DNA of 64,000 bases, taken from IMG/VR virus record IMGVR_UViG_3300005607_000414; one strand, written 5' to 3'. Each line of letters begins with the position of its first letter. Position 1 is the first letter of the stretch. Under the pieces are notes generated by a model, which was not told where the DNA came from, ran no database searches, and saw nothing but the letters and a program-made list of their open reading frames with translations. Positions 38,344 through 48,490 of this stretch are shown one piece after another. A program made the translations under genes and the position numbers. The stretch comes from an uncultured virus (IMG/VR IMGVR_UViG_3300005607_000414). Lineage: Duplodnaviria; Heunggongvirae; Uroviricota; Caudoviricetes.

Positions 38344-38966
38344 GCGTCGATGCTCCTTTTCTCCCGTTGGGGATGGATGGTCCGGTCCTCTCCGGCGACC
38401 GCCAGGGCGCGCGGCTCCGTGCGCACCAGGAGGCTCCGGTCCTCGCTACCAGGCCGGTACACCCGTGCCTCCGGGCGCACGCGCAAGGTGCGGCTGGCGG
38501 GCGTCCCGAGCGCCGACAGCATGACGCCCACGACCCTGGACCGGCCTGCCGCCACGCCAGCCAAGGATCGCGCGCAGGACGCGCGCCCGAGGACGGTGGA
38601 CGAACCACTTGCGGTGCCAGCCAACGGCGCAACACGGGCCAACTGTGCGCTAACGGTGGCCGATCCTGCGAGGACTCCCGCCAGCCTGCGGACGACCGCC
38701 AGGCGCGCGGCCACCGTGCCGGAGGCGGGGGCGATCCCGCGCAGGCCGCAAACTACCGCGACCGCGCCGGAGACGTACGACGTGCCAGCCGCCGCGCCGC
38801 CAAACCCGCGCGCACGGGCCAGGATGCCGGAGGACACACCCTGGCCCGTGGCCGCGCCAGCCAGCCTCCGGACGACCGCCAGACGAGCGGTGCCGGAAGA
38901 CAGGCCCGTTGCGGTGCCCGCCAGGACGACCGAGCGCGTCCCGCCGAACAGCAGGAGGAGGGACAT
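38340..38966 (-). CDS. Ala/Gly-rich repeat virion protein
   Basis: About seven 20-aa repeats LAGxAxGxSxVxxxLxxxRx; ATG 38966. Confidence 0.65.
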   Translation of the reverse strand: MSLLLLFGGTRSVVLAGTATGLSSGTARLAVVRRLAGAATGQGVSSGILARARGFGGAAAGTSYVSGAVAVVCGLRGIAPASGTVAARLAVVRRLAGVLAGSATVSAQLARVAPLAGTASGSSTVLGRASCARSLAGVAAGRSRVVGVMLSALGTPASRTLRVRPEARVYRPGSEDRSLLVRTEPRALAVAGEDRTIHPQREKRSIDA

Positions 38967-38970
38967 AGCC

Positions 38971-40512
38971 CTACTTCTGCACCGCCATCTCGAAGACTTC
39001 CGCGCCTGCCATGCGATGGAGCAGCAGGAAAACGAGCTTCGTGCTGCCATCCACGAACATCGCGGTCGCCATGCGCTGGCCGACCGCCGCCGTGCCGACC
39101 GGATACCGCAGGTAGAACGCCGGAGAGAGCGTCCGGTTCTTGTTGTCCCACTTCAGGCACCGCTGCCCGCCGTTCGGGTTGATGAACGTGAACCGCCCGC
39201 CACTCGTGTACGGATCGGGAGTGGCGGTCGTGCCGGTCGTGAACGTCATACCGGACCCGCCGTAAACGATGTTGGCGGTCCACAAGCCGGTCGCGCCGCC
39301 CGCAATGTCGAACAGATCCATCACGGCGCCCGCGCCGCCACGGAAGACGTACACGTAACTGTGCCGCGCCTGCTTTGCGGCGTCCGGACGCATGAAGAAC
39401 GACGGGCAGGCGACCGAGCCAGCAGCGTGCGCCGCCGAGCGCGCGGCGAACGTGGTCGTGTCCCAGGTGTTGCCGTTGATCTGGTACGTGTACGTGTTGG
39501 TCTGGCCCGATCCCCAGTACAGGATGCGGTCGCCGTTCAACTCGATCACGAAGACGGCGTTCGCGGAGGGCGTCACCGTCCAAGCCGCGACCGTATAGAC
39601 CGGAGACGCGCCCGCCGTGTGGGACGTGATGTTCCTGCGCTGGCCAACGGCGGTCGGCGTCGTGGTGTCCTGCACAATGCGAATCTGGAAGTTCCGGTAC
39701 TCGTTGGCGAGCACCGCCGCATCGCCGCCCGCCGCTTGCCCCGTGATGCTGGTGGCCGCGCTCGCGGTCGCAGTCAACTGGCCGAAGAAGCCATCGCCGG
39801 GATTCGCGTCGTACGGGACGTACGATTCATCGAGTCCCAGGAGGCAGCAGTCCGTGCCGAGCGGGGTCGGCAGGTTCGTGGTCGCGAGATTGCCGGAGAA
39901 CGAGTTGGTAGCGATGTCGTAATACTTCCAGCAGCCTGCGGCCAGCGTGCCCGCGCTCATCATGAACAGGCGTCCGGAGAGGATCTCGTACGCATCGCCG
40001 TTTGCCGGAGTGAAGGAGAGCGGAGAGTCGAGATAGATGGTCGGTGTCGTGCCACCCGTGTTGCCGATGATGGTCCGCTCCTCGACCTTGCCCGACCCGC
40101 CCGCGCTATTGCCGATGATGCGGATTTTGAAGCCGTTCGAGTTGCCCTTGTTCGCCAACTGGTTCGGCGCAACGGCGGCGGGCAGAGCGGTGCTGAGGAC
40201 CACGCTGGTCGTCGTGCCGCCCGCTGCGAGGGTGCCGCGCGGTCCCTGCGACGGCATCATCACCGCGCCCGCGCCCGCGCCGAACGTGCCGGTCAACGCG
40301 GGCGATCCCAACTGGAACCAATCGTCGTCCTCCACGTCGTACGCCCACAGCGTGGTCGCGTTGACCAGCAGGTACACGTAGGCTCCACGGTCGGCATTGT
40401 TCCGCAAGCCCGCGACGAGCGCGGTCCCGGCAGCGGACGCAGCGGGCGCGTTGGCAATCGGGCGCCACTCGGGGAGATCGATCAACGGCTTGAAAGCGAG
40501 AGTCGTAGGCAT
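38971..40512 (-). CDS. virion structural protein (beta-rich, internally duplicated module)
   Basis: 513 aa; FKIRII..VEERTIIGNTGG repeated as FQIRIV..GQRRNITSHTAG. Confidence 0.7.
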   Translation of the reverse strand: MPTTLAFKPLIDLPEWRPIANAPAASAAGTALVAGLRNNADRGAYVYLLVNATTLWAYDVEDDDWFQLGSPALTGTFGAGAGAVMMPSQGPRGTLAAGGTTTSVVLSTALPAAVAPNQLANKGNSNGFKIRIIGNSAGGSGKVEERTIIGNTGGTTPTIYLDSPLSFTPANGDAYEILSGRLFMMSAGTLAAGCWKYYDIATNSFSGNLATTNLPTPLGTDCCLLGLDESYVPYDANPGDGFFGQLTATASAATSITGQAAGGDAAVLANEYRNFQIRIVQDTTTPTAVGQRRNITSHTAGASPVYTVAAWTVTPSANAVFVIELNGDRILYWGSGQTNTYTYQINGNTWDTTTFAARSAAHAAGSVACPSFFMRPDAAKQARHSYVYVFRGGAGAVMDLFDIAGGATGLWTANIVYGGSGMTFTTGTTATPDPYTSGGRFTFINPNGGQRCLKWDNKNRTLSPAFYLRYPVGTAAVGQRMATAMFVDGSTKLVFLLLHRMAGAEVFEMAVQK

Positions 40513-40932
40513 TTAGCTGATCCTCATCCGGACGGAGTTATACCAGAGGTTCCGATCCAAGGGTTTACCGAGCACGTCCCAAATGGGAGCGCTGTTCAAC
40601 TGGTTCAGGGACGTGACTGCGGTCACGCCCGAGACTGTCGTGATGGTCGCCAGCGTGAGGCTGGCGGTGATCGCGTCGAGCAGGACGCGCGTCCTGCCGG
40701 AGCCGGGGTCCTGGTTGATCGGACGGGTGAGAGCCTCCAGGATCGCGTACAGGGCAGCGTTGATATCGGAGAGCGTTACCTCCTGCGTGCCGTCCGCGCG
40801 CACGCTGGCGTGATTCTCCGACCCCTCCGCGCCGTCCGTGAGCTTCATGCGCTGGTAATGCCGCCCGCTGCCGACCTGATCTGTGGCGACGGTGGCACCA
40901 GCACCGGGAGTGATATCTACGTTGTCGGCCAT
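40513..40932 (-). CDS. virion protein
   Basis: MADNVDITPGAGATVATDQVG..HYQRMKL; tail cluster. Confidence 0.7.
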   Translation of the reverse strand: MADNVDITPGAGATVATDQVGSGRHYQRMKLTDGAEGSENHASVRADGTQEVTLSDINAALYAILEALTRPINQDPGSGRTRVLLDAITASLTLATITTVSGVTAVTSLNQLNSAPIWDVLGKPLDRNLWYNSVRMRIS

Positions 40933-40936
40933 CGGA

Positions 40937-41335
40937 TCAGTCCTCCTTCACGACCAGCGTCCCCGCACCGAACTGGCCGAAGTCTCCGTTGCCGACCGTC
41001 TTCGGCGTCGTGAGCGCGTCCCAGTAGAGCAGGTTGCCGTTGGTCTGAGCATCGAACACGCCGAACGCGACGGCCTGCGACCAGTCCGCGAGCGCCGGCC
41101 CGAACTGGATGTTGTTCGTGTTCGCCACCTTCCGGACGTTCCCGGCGTCGGTGGCGGGCGCACCGAACGTGATGGCCTGCCTCTGGTAGCCGTTCCCGGC
41201 CAACTCCGTGCCCGCGCCCGCATCGTCGGCGGGCGCCACAGAGAACAGGCCGACGTACGGCGTCACTCCGGCGAGTGCGCTGCCGCGCAGGACGTTGAGC
41301 ACGGCATCGGTATAGGACTGCGACTTACCAGGCAT
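40937..41335 (-). CDS. phage tail/fibre-associated protein
   Basis: YVGLFS..ELAGNGYQRQAI..ADWSQ..GVFDAQTNGNLL motif common in tail proteins. Confidence 0.8.
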   Translation of the reverse strand: MPGKSQSYTDAVLNVLRGSALAGVTPYVGLFSVAPADDAGAGTELAGNGYQRQAITFGAPATDAGNVRKVANTNNIQFGPALADWSQAVAFGVFDAQTNGNLLYWDALTTPKTVGNGDFGQFGAGTLVVKED

Positions 41336-41345
41336 GGGCTTCCCC

Positions 41346-41747
41346 TCAAGCGAGTTCGATCAGTTCGATTTGCACGTCCGACCGGCCAGGAGTTACGGAC
41401 TGGCTCCAATCGGAATTGAAGCGGACAGTGTACCTGCCGGTCACCGCCACGCCGGTCGGGTCGTACGAGAACTTAGGGCTCGTCTCGTACGGATCGTAAA
41501 AGTAGAACGGTTCGTGCGTCCCGTTCCGGGCTTCGTAAAAGGTCCGGAGCGCCGCCAACTGCGACGGCGTGAGGCGCTTCGTGAGCGTCCACTTCTTGCG
41601 GCTGGTGGACGCCTGCGCCGACCGTTGGGACTCGCCATTCCGGTACTCGTTGTCGATGACCGGGTACTCGCGCGTGTGGGTGAACGCGCGAGAGAGCGAG
41701 TTGGGCATCACCGTGGTCGGCGCGGCATTTGCAACGGAGCCAGGCAT
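41346..41747 (-). CDS. distal tail protein (DUF2460/gpM-like)
   Basis: GESQR...LRTFYEARNGTHEPFYFYDP...VRF; TAATG-coupled to tape measure. Confidence 0.8.
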   Translation of the reverse strand: MPGSVANAAPTTVMPNSLSRAFTHTREYPVIDNEYRNGESQRSAQASTSRKKWTLTKRLTPSQLAALRTFYEARNGTHEPFYFYDPYETSPKFSYDPTGVAVTGRYTVRFNSDWSQSVTPGRSDVQIELIELA

Positions 41748-44700
41748 TACGAGGTCACCAAGCCGGGACTGAGTTGCAGGCTGGTCAACTCCCGCCGGCC
41801 CGCGTTCGACTTCGACGCGCTCATCACCGCGCTCTGGACGACGCGCGGGTTGCTGGCGATGGCCTGCACCGCCTGCCCTTGGAGGAGGCTTGTGGTCGCA
41901 GGCCCGTCGAGTTGTATGACCACAGGCTGCGCGCCGGAGGCCACGCCGCCGCCGATGCTGTCCAGCGTCGGCAGGCCACCCAAGCCGGGGAGAGCGGTCC
42001 CGTTGGAGTAACTCGGGGCTTGGTAGAGCGACCCGCCCCGCTGTGCAAGGTTGAGCGGTTGCATCGTGGCGGGTATCCCCTTCACGTCCTTGCCGGTGCT
42101 CATGCCGTACAACTGGATCAGATCGCGGACAGGCTGCGTCCGGATCGCCATGTCGAGGTTGCCACCACAGGACTGCTTGGCCATGTCCACGATCTGCTGG
42201 AGCACCGCCTTGTCGGTGATATCGACGCCGTACAGGGCCTTGACCTTGTCGTGCGCCTTCTCCGTCGCTCCTTTCACAAACAACCGGACGATGCCCGACA
42301 GGAACCCGACGCCCGCGCCGATGGCCGCGCCCAAGGGACCGCCGACGTTCCAACCGAACATCGCGCCGCCCGCCGTGCCCTCCGCGACACCGCCCCAACC
42401 GCCACGCCGCATGGCGTCCATATACAGGCCGATGCCCGCGCCGCCAATCGCGCCGATGGGACCACCAGAGAGGCCGATGCCCGCGCCCATGAGCGCGCCG
42501 CCGCCGATGGTGCTGAAGGCGCTGCCCTTCTGCATCCCGCTCAACATGAGCATGCCGCCAGCCAGCGTCATCGCGCCGTAGAGGTTCTTCCAACTGGCGA
42601 GGCTCTTGAGGTTCGACCAGTTGAAGTTCAGCAGACCGCCCGCGCCAGCCTTGGACGTGATGCCGCCGCCGCCCGGATTGAACGGAGGCGTGGTGCCCGG
42701 AGTCACGCCGGGGATAACGCCGCCGCCAGGAGAGGTGCTGCCGAAGACCGGCACCGCGCCGATCCCCAGGAGGCCACCAAGCCCACCGAGGATGCCGCCC
42801 GCACCACCAGGCCCCGCGCCGCCGCCTTCAAACGTGACCTTCTGGCCGGTGAACATCTGCATCAGGAGCGCGGCCACACGAGAGGTGACTACCTCCTTGA
42901 TCGCGGTGAGGATCGCCGTCTTGAACGAGTTGGCGATGGCAGACCACACGGACTGCGACTTCTGGAGGAGCGCGTCGAAGATGCCGCCCGCCTGCTGCTT
43001 GAGCGAGTCGAAGATCGCCTTGTTGTGGTCGCGGACCAACTGCGCCTGCCGGTTGGCTGCGTTCTCGCGCGCCGCCTTGATCGCGGCATCGTTCGCCTCG
43101 TCGTTCTCGTCGCGGATCTCCTGGCGTTGGCCCTTCAGTTCATCGATACGCGCCTTGATTTCATCGGCTCTGTAGCCGAGGCGCTTCATCGTCAACTCCT
43201 CTTCATCGAGGATCTGGCGCGTCTCGATATCGTAGAGGGCCTGCTTCACCTTGTGGACCTTCTCCAGATAGTCGATCTCGATCTGCGCCTTCTGCGCCTC
43301 GACCGCGACCTTCTGCTGGAGCGTTACGGCGTCCTGGCCTTCCACCTGCCGGAGGCGCGCGTCCCGCTCGAACCCCGCGCGCTGCTCCTCGAAGCCGTAC
43401 ACCTCCTTGAGATGGTCGAGGTTGCGTTGAGCGATCTCCGTGTCGTTCTGGAGACGCTGCTGGAACCGGTGTGCCTCCCACTCCATCTGCTTGTGGGCTG
43501 CGTCCTCTTGGTCCTTGACGTAATCCGCGAGTGCCTTCTTGTTCTCGTCGGCACTCTTGCCAAGAAACGCCTTCAGCTTGTTATTCGCGTACTCGATGAT
43601 CGAGTCCCACGCCTTCTTGGTGAGCGGGACGTGGTGCTCGCCGTTGTCGTCCACCCACGTGGTCTTGCTGGCGATCTCCTTGTTGATGTCGGCCACGTCC
43701 TTGGCGAACCCGGAGAGCGGAACCTCCATCGGCTTGCCGTTGACCATGATCGTGTTCAACCGGGAGCCAATGGCCTGATCGCGAAAGTACTTCTCGTTCT
43801 CCCGCTGCCGCTTCTGGATCTCGATCTGCCGCTTCAACTCCTCCGGATCGGGCTGGCCCGCGATCTTGATCTTGGGCAGGCCCGCGCCCAACTCCCACTG
43901 CGAGCCTTCCTCGTCCATGCCGGGAACCGACTTCCGGCCGGAGACCAACTCGCGGATCTGGTCGTCCGTCATGCCGCGCTTCCGGAGGTCGTCAATCTTG
44001 ACCTTGCCTTTGAACAGATCGTTCCGGAGCGCGTTGTTCTGCATCTCCTGGGTGCGCCGTTCCCAGGTCTCCTGCATGTCGGAGTACTCCTTGTACACGA
44101 TGGCGCCCGCCGCCACGACGCCGGTAATGAGCAATGCCCACGGGTTGGCTGCGAGCGCCACGGTCAGCGCCTTCACCGCCGCCGCGATGCCGAGGATCTT
44201 CGTGGCGATGGCGTACGTCGCCAGGATGCCCGCCAGCCAGATCGCCATCTGGCCGAACTTCTCGATCAGGCCAATGTTGTCCTTGAGCCAGGCCACCATG
44301 TCTTTCAGGTGCCCAACGACGGCTTTCAACTCGCCCTGGAACGCCTTGCCTACGTCCTCCTTGAGATCCGTGACCTCGCGCCCGAGAGCCTTCATCTGGC
44401 CAGCCACGGTGCCCGCCTCATCGCCCGCCGCGCCCTGGATCTTGGTCGCCGCCTCCACGATGGCGTTGTACCGGATCATCTGGACTTCGTTATCGGAAAG
44501 GGTCTTGCCGTGGAGTTGCGCCTGCAACCGCGCGACCTGCTCTGCCTTGGCGAGGTCGGGGAACAGCGAGAGTGTCCGGAGGCCACGGGACTGCCCCGTC
44601 TCGATCGCCAGCATGATCTTCTCGAACGCCGTGCGTGCGTTGTCGCCTTCCGTGCTCATGGCGGCGGCGTCCTTGGCGATCTTGGCGAGGCCCTTGGCTT

Positions 44701-45127
44701 TGTCCAACCCGATATCTGCGATGATGAGCTTCTGGACGGCGACGGTCGCGTCGGCGGCGGTGAAGCCCACCGCGCGCACGGCCTCTACCGCCTTGCTCGC
44801 GGCGGCGGCACTGTCGCCGTGCGCCTTGGCGAGTCCCTGCGTGACGGCGGCGGCGCGCTCTGCCTGCGCCGCCTCCTTCGCCGCCTCGACGGTCCACTCC
44901 TTGGCGAACTCGATGGCCTTCTTGATCGCGTCCGCGAGAAGATTGCCAGCCGTCGCGCCCTTGACCATCGAGGCCGTCATGCCGTCGATTCCCTGCGAGG
45001 CGCCGCGCGCCGCGCGCACGGCGGTCTGCTCGATGCCCGAGAGGTTCGCGTTGACGGATTTGATGGACGAGTTGGCCTTGTCCACCTCGACGGTGACGAC
45101 CAGTTCGACTTGGTTGCTATTTGCCAT
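41747..45127 (-). CDS. tape measure protein
   Basis: 1126 aa Ala-rich helical protein with hydrophobic Gly-rich segments, follows chaperones. Confidence 0.9.
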   Translation of the reverse strand: MANSNQVELVVTVEVDKANSSIKSVNANLSGIEQTAVRAARGASQGIDGMTASMVKGATAGNLLADAIKKAIEFAKEWTVEAAKEAAQAERAAAVTQGLAKAHGDSAAAASKAVEAVRAVGFTAADATVAVQKLIIADIGLDKAKGLAKIAKDAAAMSTEGDNARTAFEKIMLAIETGQSRGLRTLSLFPDLAKAEQVARLQAQLHGKTLSDNEVQMIRYNAIVEAATKIQGAAGDEAGTVAGQMKALGREVTDLKEDVGKAFQGELKAVVGHLKDMVAWLKDNIGLIEKFGQMAIWLAGILATYAIATKILGIAAAVKALTVALAANPWALLITGVVAAGAIVYKEYSDMQETWERRTQEMQNNALRNDLFKGKVKIDDLRKRGMTDDQIRELVSGRKSVPGMDEEGSQWELGAGLPKIKIAGQPDPEELKRQIEIQKRQRENEKYFRDQAIGSRLNTIMVNGKPMEVPLSGFAKDVADINKEIASKTTWVDDNGEHHVPLTKKAWDSIIEYANNKLKAFLGKSADENKKALADYVKDQEDAAHKQMEWEAHRFQQRLQNDTEIAQRNLDHLKEVYGFEEQRAGFERDARLRQVEGQDAVTLQQKVAVEAQKAQIEIDYLEKVHKVKQALYDIETRQILDEEELTMKRLGYRADEIKARIDELKGQRQEIRDENDEANDAAIKAARENAANRQAQLVRDHNKAIFDSLKQQAGGIFDALLQKSQSVWSAIANSFKTAILTAIKEVVTSRVAALLMQMFTGQKVTFEGGGAGPGGAGGILGGLGGLLGIGAVPVFGSTSPGGGVIPGVTPGTTPPFNPGGGGITSKAGAGGLLNFNWSNLKSLASWKNLYGAMTLAGGMLMLSGMQKGSAFSTIGGGALMGAGIGLSGGPIGAIGGAGIGLYMDAMRRGGWGGVAEGTAGGAMFGWNVGGPLGAAIGAGVGFLSGIVRLFVKGATEKAHDKVKALYGVDITDKAVLQQIVDMAKQSCGGNLDMAIRTQPVRDLIQLYGMSTGKDVKGIPATMQPLNLAQRGGSLYQAPSYSNGTALPGLGGLPTLDSIGGGVASGAQPVVIQLDGPATTSLLQGQAVQAIASNPRVVQSAVMSASKSNAGRRELTSLQLSPGLVTS

Positions 45128-45443
45128 GGGCGTTGATCCGTTCGCGCTCCAACTGGTCCCGTTCGTCGTCCAGGATCAGCATGGTGTAGAACTCGTCGGC
45201 CCGGATATCGTCAAGGCCGATGTGGATGCCGAGGTTGAGTGCCGCGCGCAGGTCGAGAGCGCGCCGGATGAGCAGTCCGGATTCGGAAGTCTGCGCGGCG
45301 TCGAGTTGGTCTTGGGGGCAGTGGTCGCAACGACCACCTTCGGGCGCGTCCGGACACAAACCCGGTTCGCAGAGTTCATCACGCCGGAGCGCCCAATGGA
45401 TGAGGTAACGGAGGGAGGGTTTCTCCGGCCACTCCCCCGCTAA
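45117..45443 (-). CDS. tail assembly chaperone GT extension (-1 frameshift frame)
   Basis: Open -1 frame from slippery A AAT TTT (45449-45443) to stop at 45117. Confidence 0.75.
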   Translation of the reverse strand, partial: LAGEWPEKPSLRYLIHWALRRDELCEPGLCPDAPEGGRCDHCPQDQLDAAQTSESGLLIRRALDLRAALNLGIHIGLDDIRADEFYTMLILDDERDQLERERINAHGK

Positions 45444-46057
45444 AAATTTGCGTCCCGATCCTCCTGGAAGGAGGCGTCGAGAGCATCGACGGCGGCTTTG
45501 ACGGCGACGGCCTGATGCACAATCGGCACGTCGCCCGCGTACCCTTCGGTCGCGTCGGTGAGCTTCTTGTACAGGTCTGCCGCCGCGCGCACGTTGATGG
45601 TCAACTCCTGCCGGTTGAACGGCAGGTCGAGCACGCGCGCAAAGGCGCGACGGTACGTGTTCACGTCCTTCGCGGACGGCATCTTCAGCAGGTGCGTGAC
45701 AGAACCGCCAAGAACGCGCAGGACCACCCGGAAGGAATCGCCCACCAGCACCACGTCGTCCACGTCGCAGGTGGCCAACTGCTCGATGACCTTCTGCGCC
45801 TCGAACGCATCAACTTCGGGTTCTTCCTCGGTCCGGATCTTCGCCAGGAGCGCGGCGTCGATATCCTCGCCGTTCGGGATCTGCGTTTCGGAGATCCCGC
45901 GCCCGAGGTTCTTCACGATCACCTTGCGGCGGCGCTGCCTTTCCACCCACTCGTCGTCGGAGGGGAAACGGACCCGGATGGTCTTGACACCATCCGGGCC
46001 ACGGAGTTGGATCGCTACCGGCCTGGTAGCGTCAAAAACAGGAGCGTTGGTTTCCAT
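45440..46057 (-). CDS. tail assembly chaperone G
   Basis: Between tail tube and tape measure; ends ...DANF* on slippery heptamer. Confidence 0.8.
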   Translation of the reverse strand: METNAPVFDATRPVAIQLRGPDGVKTIRVRFPSDDEWVERQRRRKVIVKNLGRGISETQIPNGEDIDAALLAKIRTEEEPEVDAFEAQKVIEQLATCDVDDVVLVGDSFRVVLRVLGGSVTHLLKMPSAKDVNTYRRAFARVLDLPFNRQELTINVRAAADLYKKLTDATEGYAGDVPIVHQAVAVKAAVDALDASFQEDRDANF

Positions 46058-46067
46058 CGAAAATCCT

Positions 46068-47108
46068 TTACTGGCAGATGTTGTCCACCGCGCACTTGCC
46101 GACCGCCGTGAGGATGCCCTGCGCGGCGTCGTACAACGGCACGCAGTCCACCGCGACCGTGAGGATCTGGTCCGTCTCCGCGATCTCGACCACGGAGTAC
46201 GCGATCTTCTGCCACGTCAACTGGAGCGAGTTGTTGGTGTCGTACGCCAGCGTGACGACCGCCGTGCCGGTGGTTTGCGCCTTGAGCTTCGTGTACTCGT
46301 CCGATCCGTTCATGAACCGAGCAACCAAGCGCAAGTTGCCCTGCCGGTTGCCGAACTCCAGCCTGCCGCGGATCGCGCCCGTGGACCCGTCGCCCGCAGT
46401 CTGGAAGCCGGAGCCGGGGAAGAAGCCGGAGTCCATCCGGATGTTGTTCTTCCAGCCCGTCTCCAGGGAGACGATGTTCTTGTTGGTCACATAGTCCACG
46501 CCGTTGATCGAGAGCGTGAGCGATGCGGACGGCAGGAGCTTCTCTGCGGTCGCGGAGGGCATCGTGATGCCGGTCGCGGAGTCGATGACCTTGCCGGAGC
46601 CGACCAGTTCGACGCTGATCTTGCTGTTGGCGCGGCCAGGACCGGAGCCAACGCTGATCTGGAACGACTCGACGGCCATGCCGACCGCCTGCCGGTCCAC
46701 GACAACGCCCGCGCCCGGACGGATCTGCTCGACGTACGACAGGTACGGCAACTCCGCAGCATCGCCGTTCGCCGGGATCAGCGGAGTGCAGGTGTACACG
46801 AAGTTCGGCCCGCCCGACTTGACGACCTTGCCGAGCGCGAACGCGACCGCCCACGACCCGATCTCCGCGCCGAGGTACTTCTCCAGCGTGCATCCCACGT
46901 CCCACGCCGTCTTGTACGTGACGGTGGCGAACTCGTGGCCCTTGCCGTACTCTTCGGCGTCGTTCTCCGTGGCGAGCTTCGGGTTGATGAGGGACGCGTT
47001 GAGCTTCGTGAACCGCCACATATCCGCAGCAGCCTGCGCCGTGGCGATATCGGCCTGCTTCTTCTTCCCGAAGCAGATCAGTACTTCCTGGAGCCTAGTC
47101 GTGGACAT
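46068..47108 (-). CDS. major tail (tube) protein
   Basis: 346 aa beta-rich; canonical position; GAGGAGG RBS. Confidence 0.75.
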   Translation of the reverse strand: MSTTRLQEVLICFGKKKQADIATAQAAADMWRFTKLNASLINPKLATENDAEEYGKGHEFATVTYKTAWDVGCTLEKYLGAEIGSWAVAFALGKVVKSGGPNFVYTCTPLIPANGDAAELPYLSYVEQIRPGAGVVVDRQAVGMAVESFQISVGSGPGRANSKISVELVGSGKVIDSATGITMPSATAEKLLPSASLTLSINGVDYVTNKNIVSLETGWKNNIRMDSGFFPGSGFQTAGDGSTGAIRGRLEFGNRQGNLRLVARFMNGSDEYTKLKAQTTGTAVVTLAYDTNNSLQLTWQKIAYSVVEIAETDQILTVAVDCVPLYDAAQGILTAVGKCAVDNICQ

Positions 47109-47253
47109 TCGTCGTTACCTCCTCGTGATCGGCCGGCGGGTCACACTGGCTCCAGCCAGCGACCATAAGCGGCGTCAAAACCTCGGGCGTTGCGTCAACC
47201 TCCTTCGGATCGCCCACTCCGAAAGGCGGCTTCATCCAAAGCTTGTCCATCAT
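47095..47253 (-). CDS. small hypothetical protein
   Basis: MMDKLWMKPPFG...LMVAGWSQC; coupled to neighbours. Confidence 0.55.
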   Translation of the reverse strand: MMDKLWMKPPFGVGDPKEVDATPEVLTPLMVAGWSQCDPPADHEEVTTNVHD

Positions 47254-47726
47254 TCGTCTCCCATCTCGGTGAACGTAATCGGCACTTCGAAATAATCCAG
47301 ACCCTCGGCGTCCGTCTGGCGTTGGATCAGTGGCAGATCCATCGGGTGGCACGACGGGTGAATCTGGAGGTTGAGCAATGGCTGGCCATCTCCGGAAGTG
47401 GGGACGCCCTTCGTGACCAACCGGAAAATCCGGTAGTACGGGGTGGCCGGTTCCCCGTCGAACGACTCGCGCGCCCGGACGTACAACGTGATCGAGTGCT
47501 TCCACACGTCGAAGCCGCCGAAGGAGCCCGGCGCGGTGCCTTGCCACGCCGCCATGACGGACGGCGCGGGCATCGTGTGGATCGCGTGCGCGAGGCTCAC
47601 GCGCTTCGGGTACTGGTCGTGGTATGCGAAGATCCGCTCCGGATCGCCGCCCATTTCATCGACCAGATCGGGAATGTCGCGCAGGGCCGCGACGAGGTTG
47701 TCCACCAGGACAGAGGAATCAATCAT
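47250..47726 (-). CDS. tail terminator/completion protein
   Basis: 158 aa, position upstream of tail tube. Confidence 0.6.
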   Translation of the reverse strand: MIDSSVLVDNLVAALRDIPDLVDEMGGDPERIFAYHDQYPKRVSLAHAIHTMPAPSVMAAWQGTAPGSFGGFDVWKHSITLYVRARESFDGEPATPYYRIFRLVTKGVPTSGDGQPLLNLQIHPSCHPMDLPLIQRQTDAEGLDYFEVPITFTEMGDE

Positions 47727-48178
47727 AGCTGTCTCCCGCCGAGGCTGCGCTCAATCGCAAGGCGCGGCGCGATCTCGTTCAACACCTGCTGCGCAGTCTG
47801 CTGAACCACCAAACGATTCTTCGGAGAGAACACGGCCCAAGGCTCGATCCTGTTCGTGATCCACGCCTTGACGCGCTCCTTGCGGGTGGAGTTGCTGGCT
47901 TTGGCCTTGTTCTCGCTGACCGTCCGGACCATGAAGTTCCGGAGCATGTCGCCGGTCAGCATCAGGTCGCGGCGGTTGCCCTTGCCCATCTTGGTCTTTC
48001 GGATCGCGTAATACCGGGAGAGGGGCTTGGCCGCGCCATCGTTCGGGCCCTGCGCCGCCGCCAGACGGTTCTTGACGGAAGCCAGGCCGACGTTCCCGAT
48101 CTTGAACATCTGCGCCTGCTTGATATTCAGGCGATCGAGACGCACTTCTTTTTTTTGGTAGATCCGGACGGACGGCAT
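47723..48178 (-). CDS. neck/tail completion protein (virion morphogenesis-like)
   Basis: Basic; KPLSRYYAIRK..DLMLTGDML motif. Confidence 0.7.
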   Translation of the reverse strand: MPSVRIYQKKEVRLDRLNIKQAQMFKIGNVGLASVKNRLAAAQGPNDGAAKPLSRYYAIRKTKMGKGNRRDLMLTGDMLRNFMVRTVSENKAKASNSTRKERVKAWITNRIEPWAVFSPKNRLVVQQTAQQVLNEIAPRLAIERSLGGRQL

Positions 48179-48185
48179 GCTGGCC

Positions 48186-48485
48186 TCACGCGACCGCGCG
48201 CAGGGAGAGCGTTGCGCCGCCCATCGCGTCGGCTTTAGGCTCGAACACGGTATACGCCTGCCCGTCGATGGTGACCACGTCGCCGTGGTCCGGGGGCGTC
48301 GGAAGGTCTGCCATGTTGAGGAACAGGCGGGTGTACAAGCCGCCCACGTGCTGCTCCTCGTCGGAATCCTTCATCGGAACGGCCTTGATGGAGATCGGCG
48401 CGGCGGCGCCCTGCTGATAGGACACCGCCTTGCCGAACGCCTTCAGGACCGACTTGTTGAGCGCGGCAAACGGATCTGCCGCCAT
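48186..48485 (-). CDS. head-tail joining protein (FII-like)
   Basis: AFGKAVSY...PDHGDVVTIDGQAYTV. Confidence 0.75.
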   Translation of the reverse strand: MAADPFAALNKSVLKAFGKAVSYQQGAAAPISIKAVPMKDSDEEQHVGGLYTRLFLNMADLPTPPDHGDVVTIDGQAYTVFEPKADAMGGATLSLRAVA

Positions 48486-48490
48486 CGGAG

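Noticed and set aside
30227..45136. Very long plus-strand ORFs (e.g. 30227-33595, 38350-41013, 41729-45136) and similar ones elsewhere
   Set aside because: Antisense shadows of real minus-strand genes in high-GC DNA; Arg-rich with no motifs
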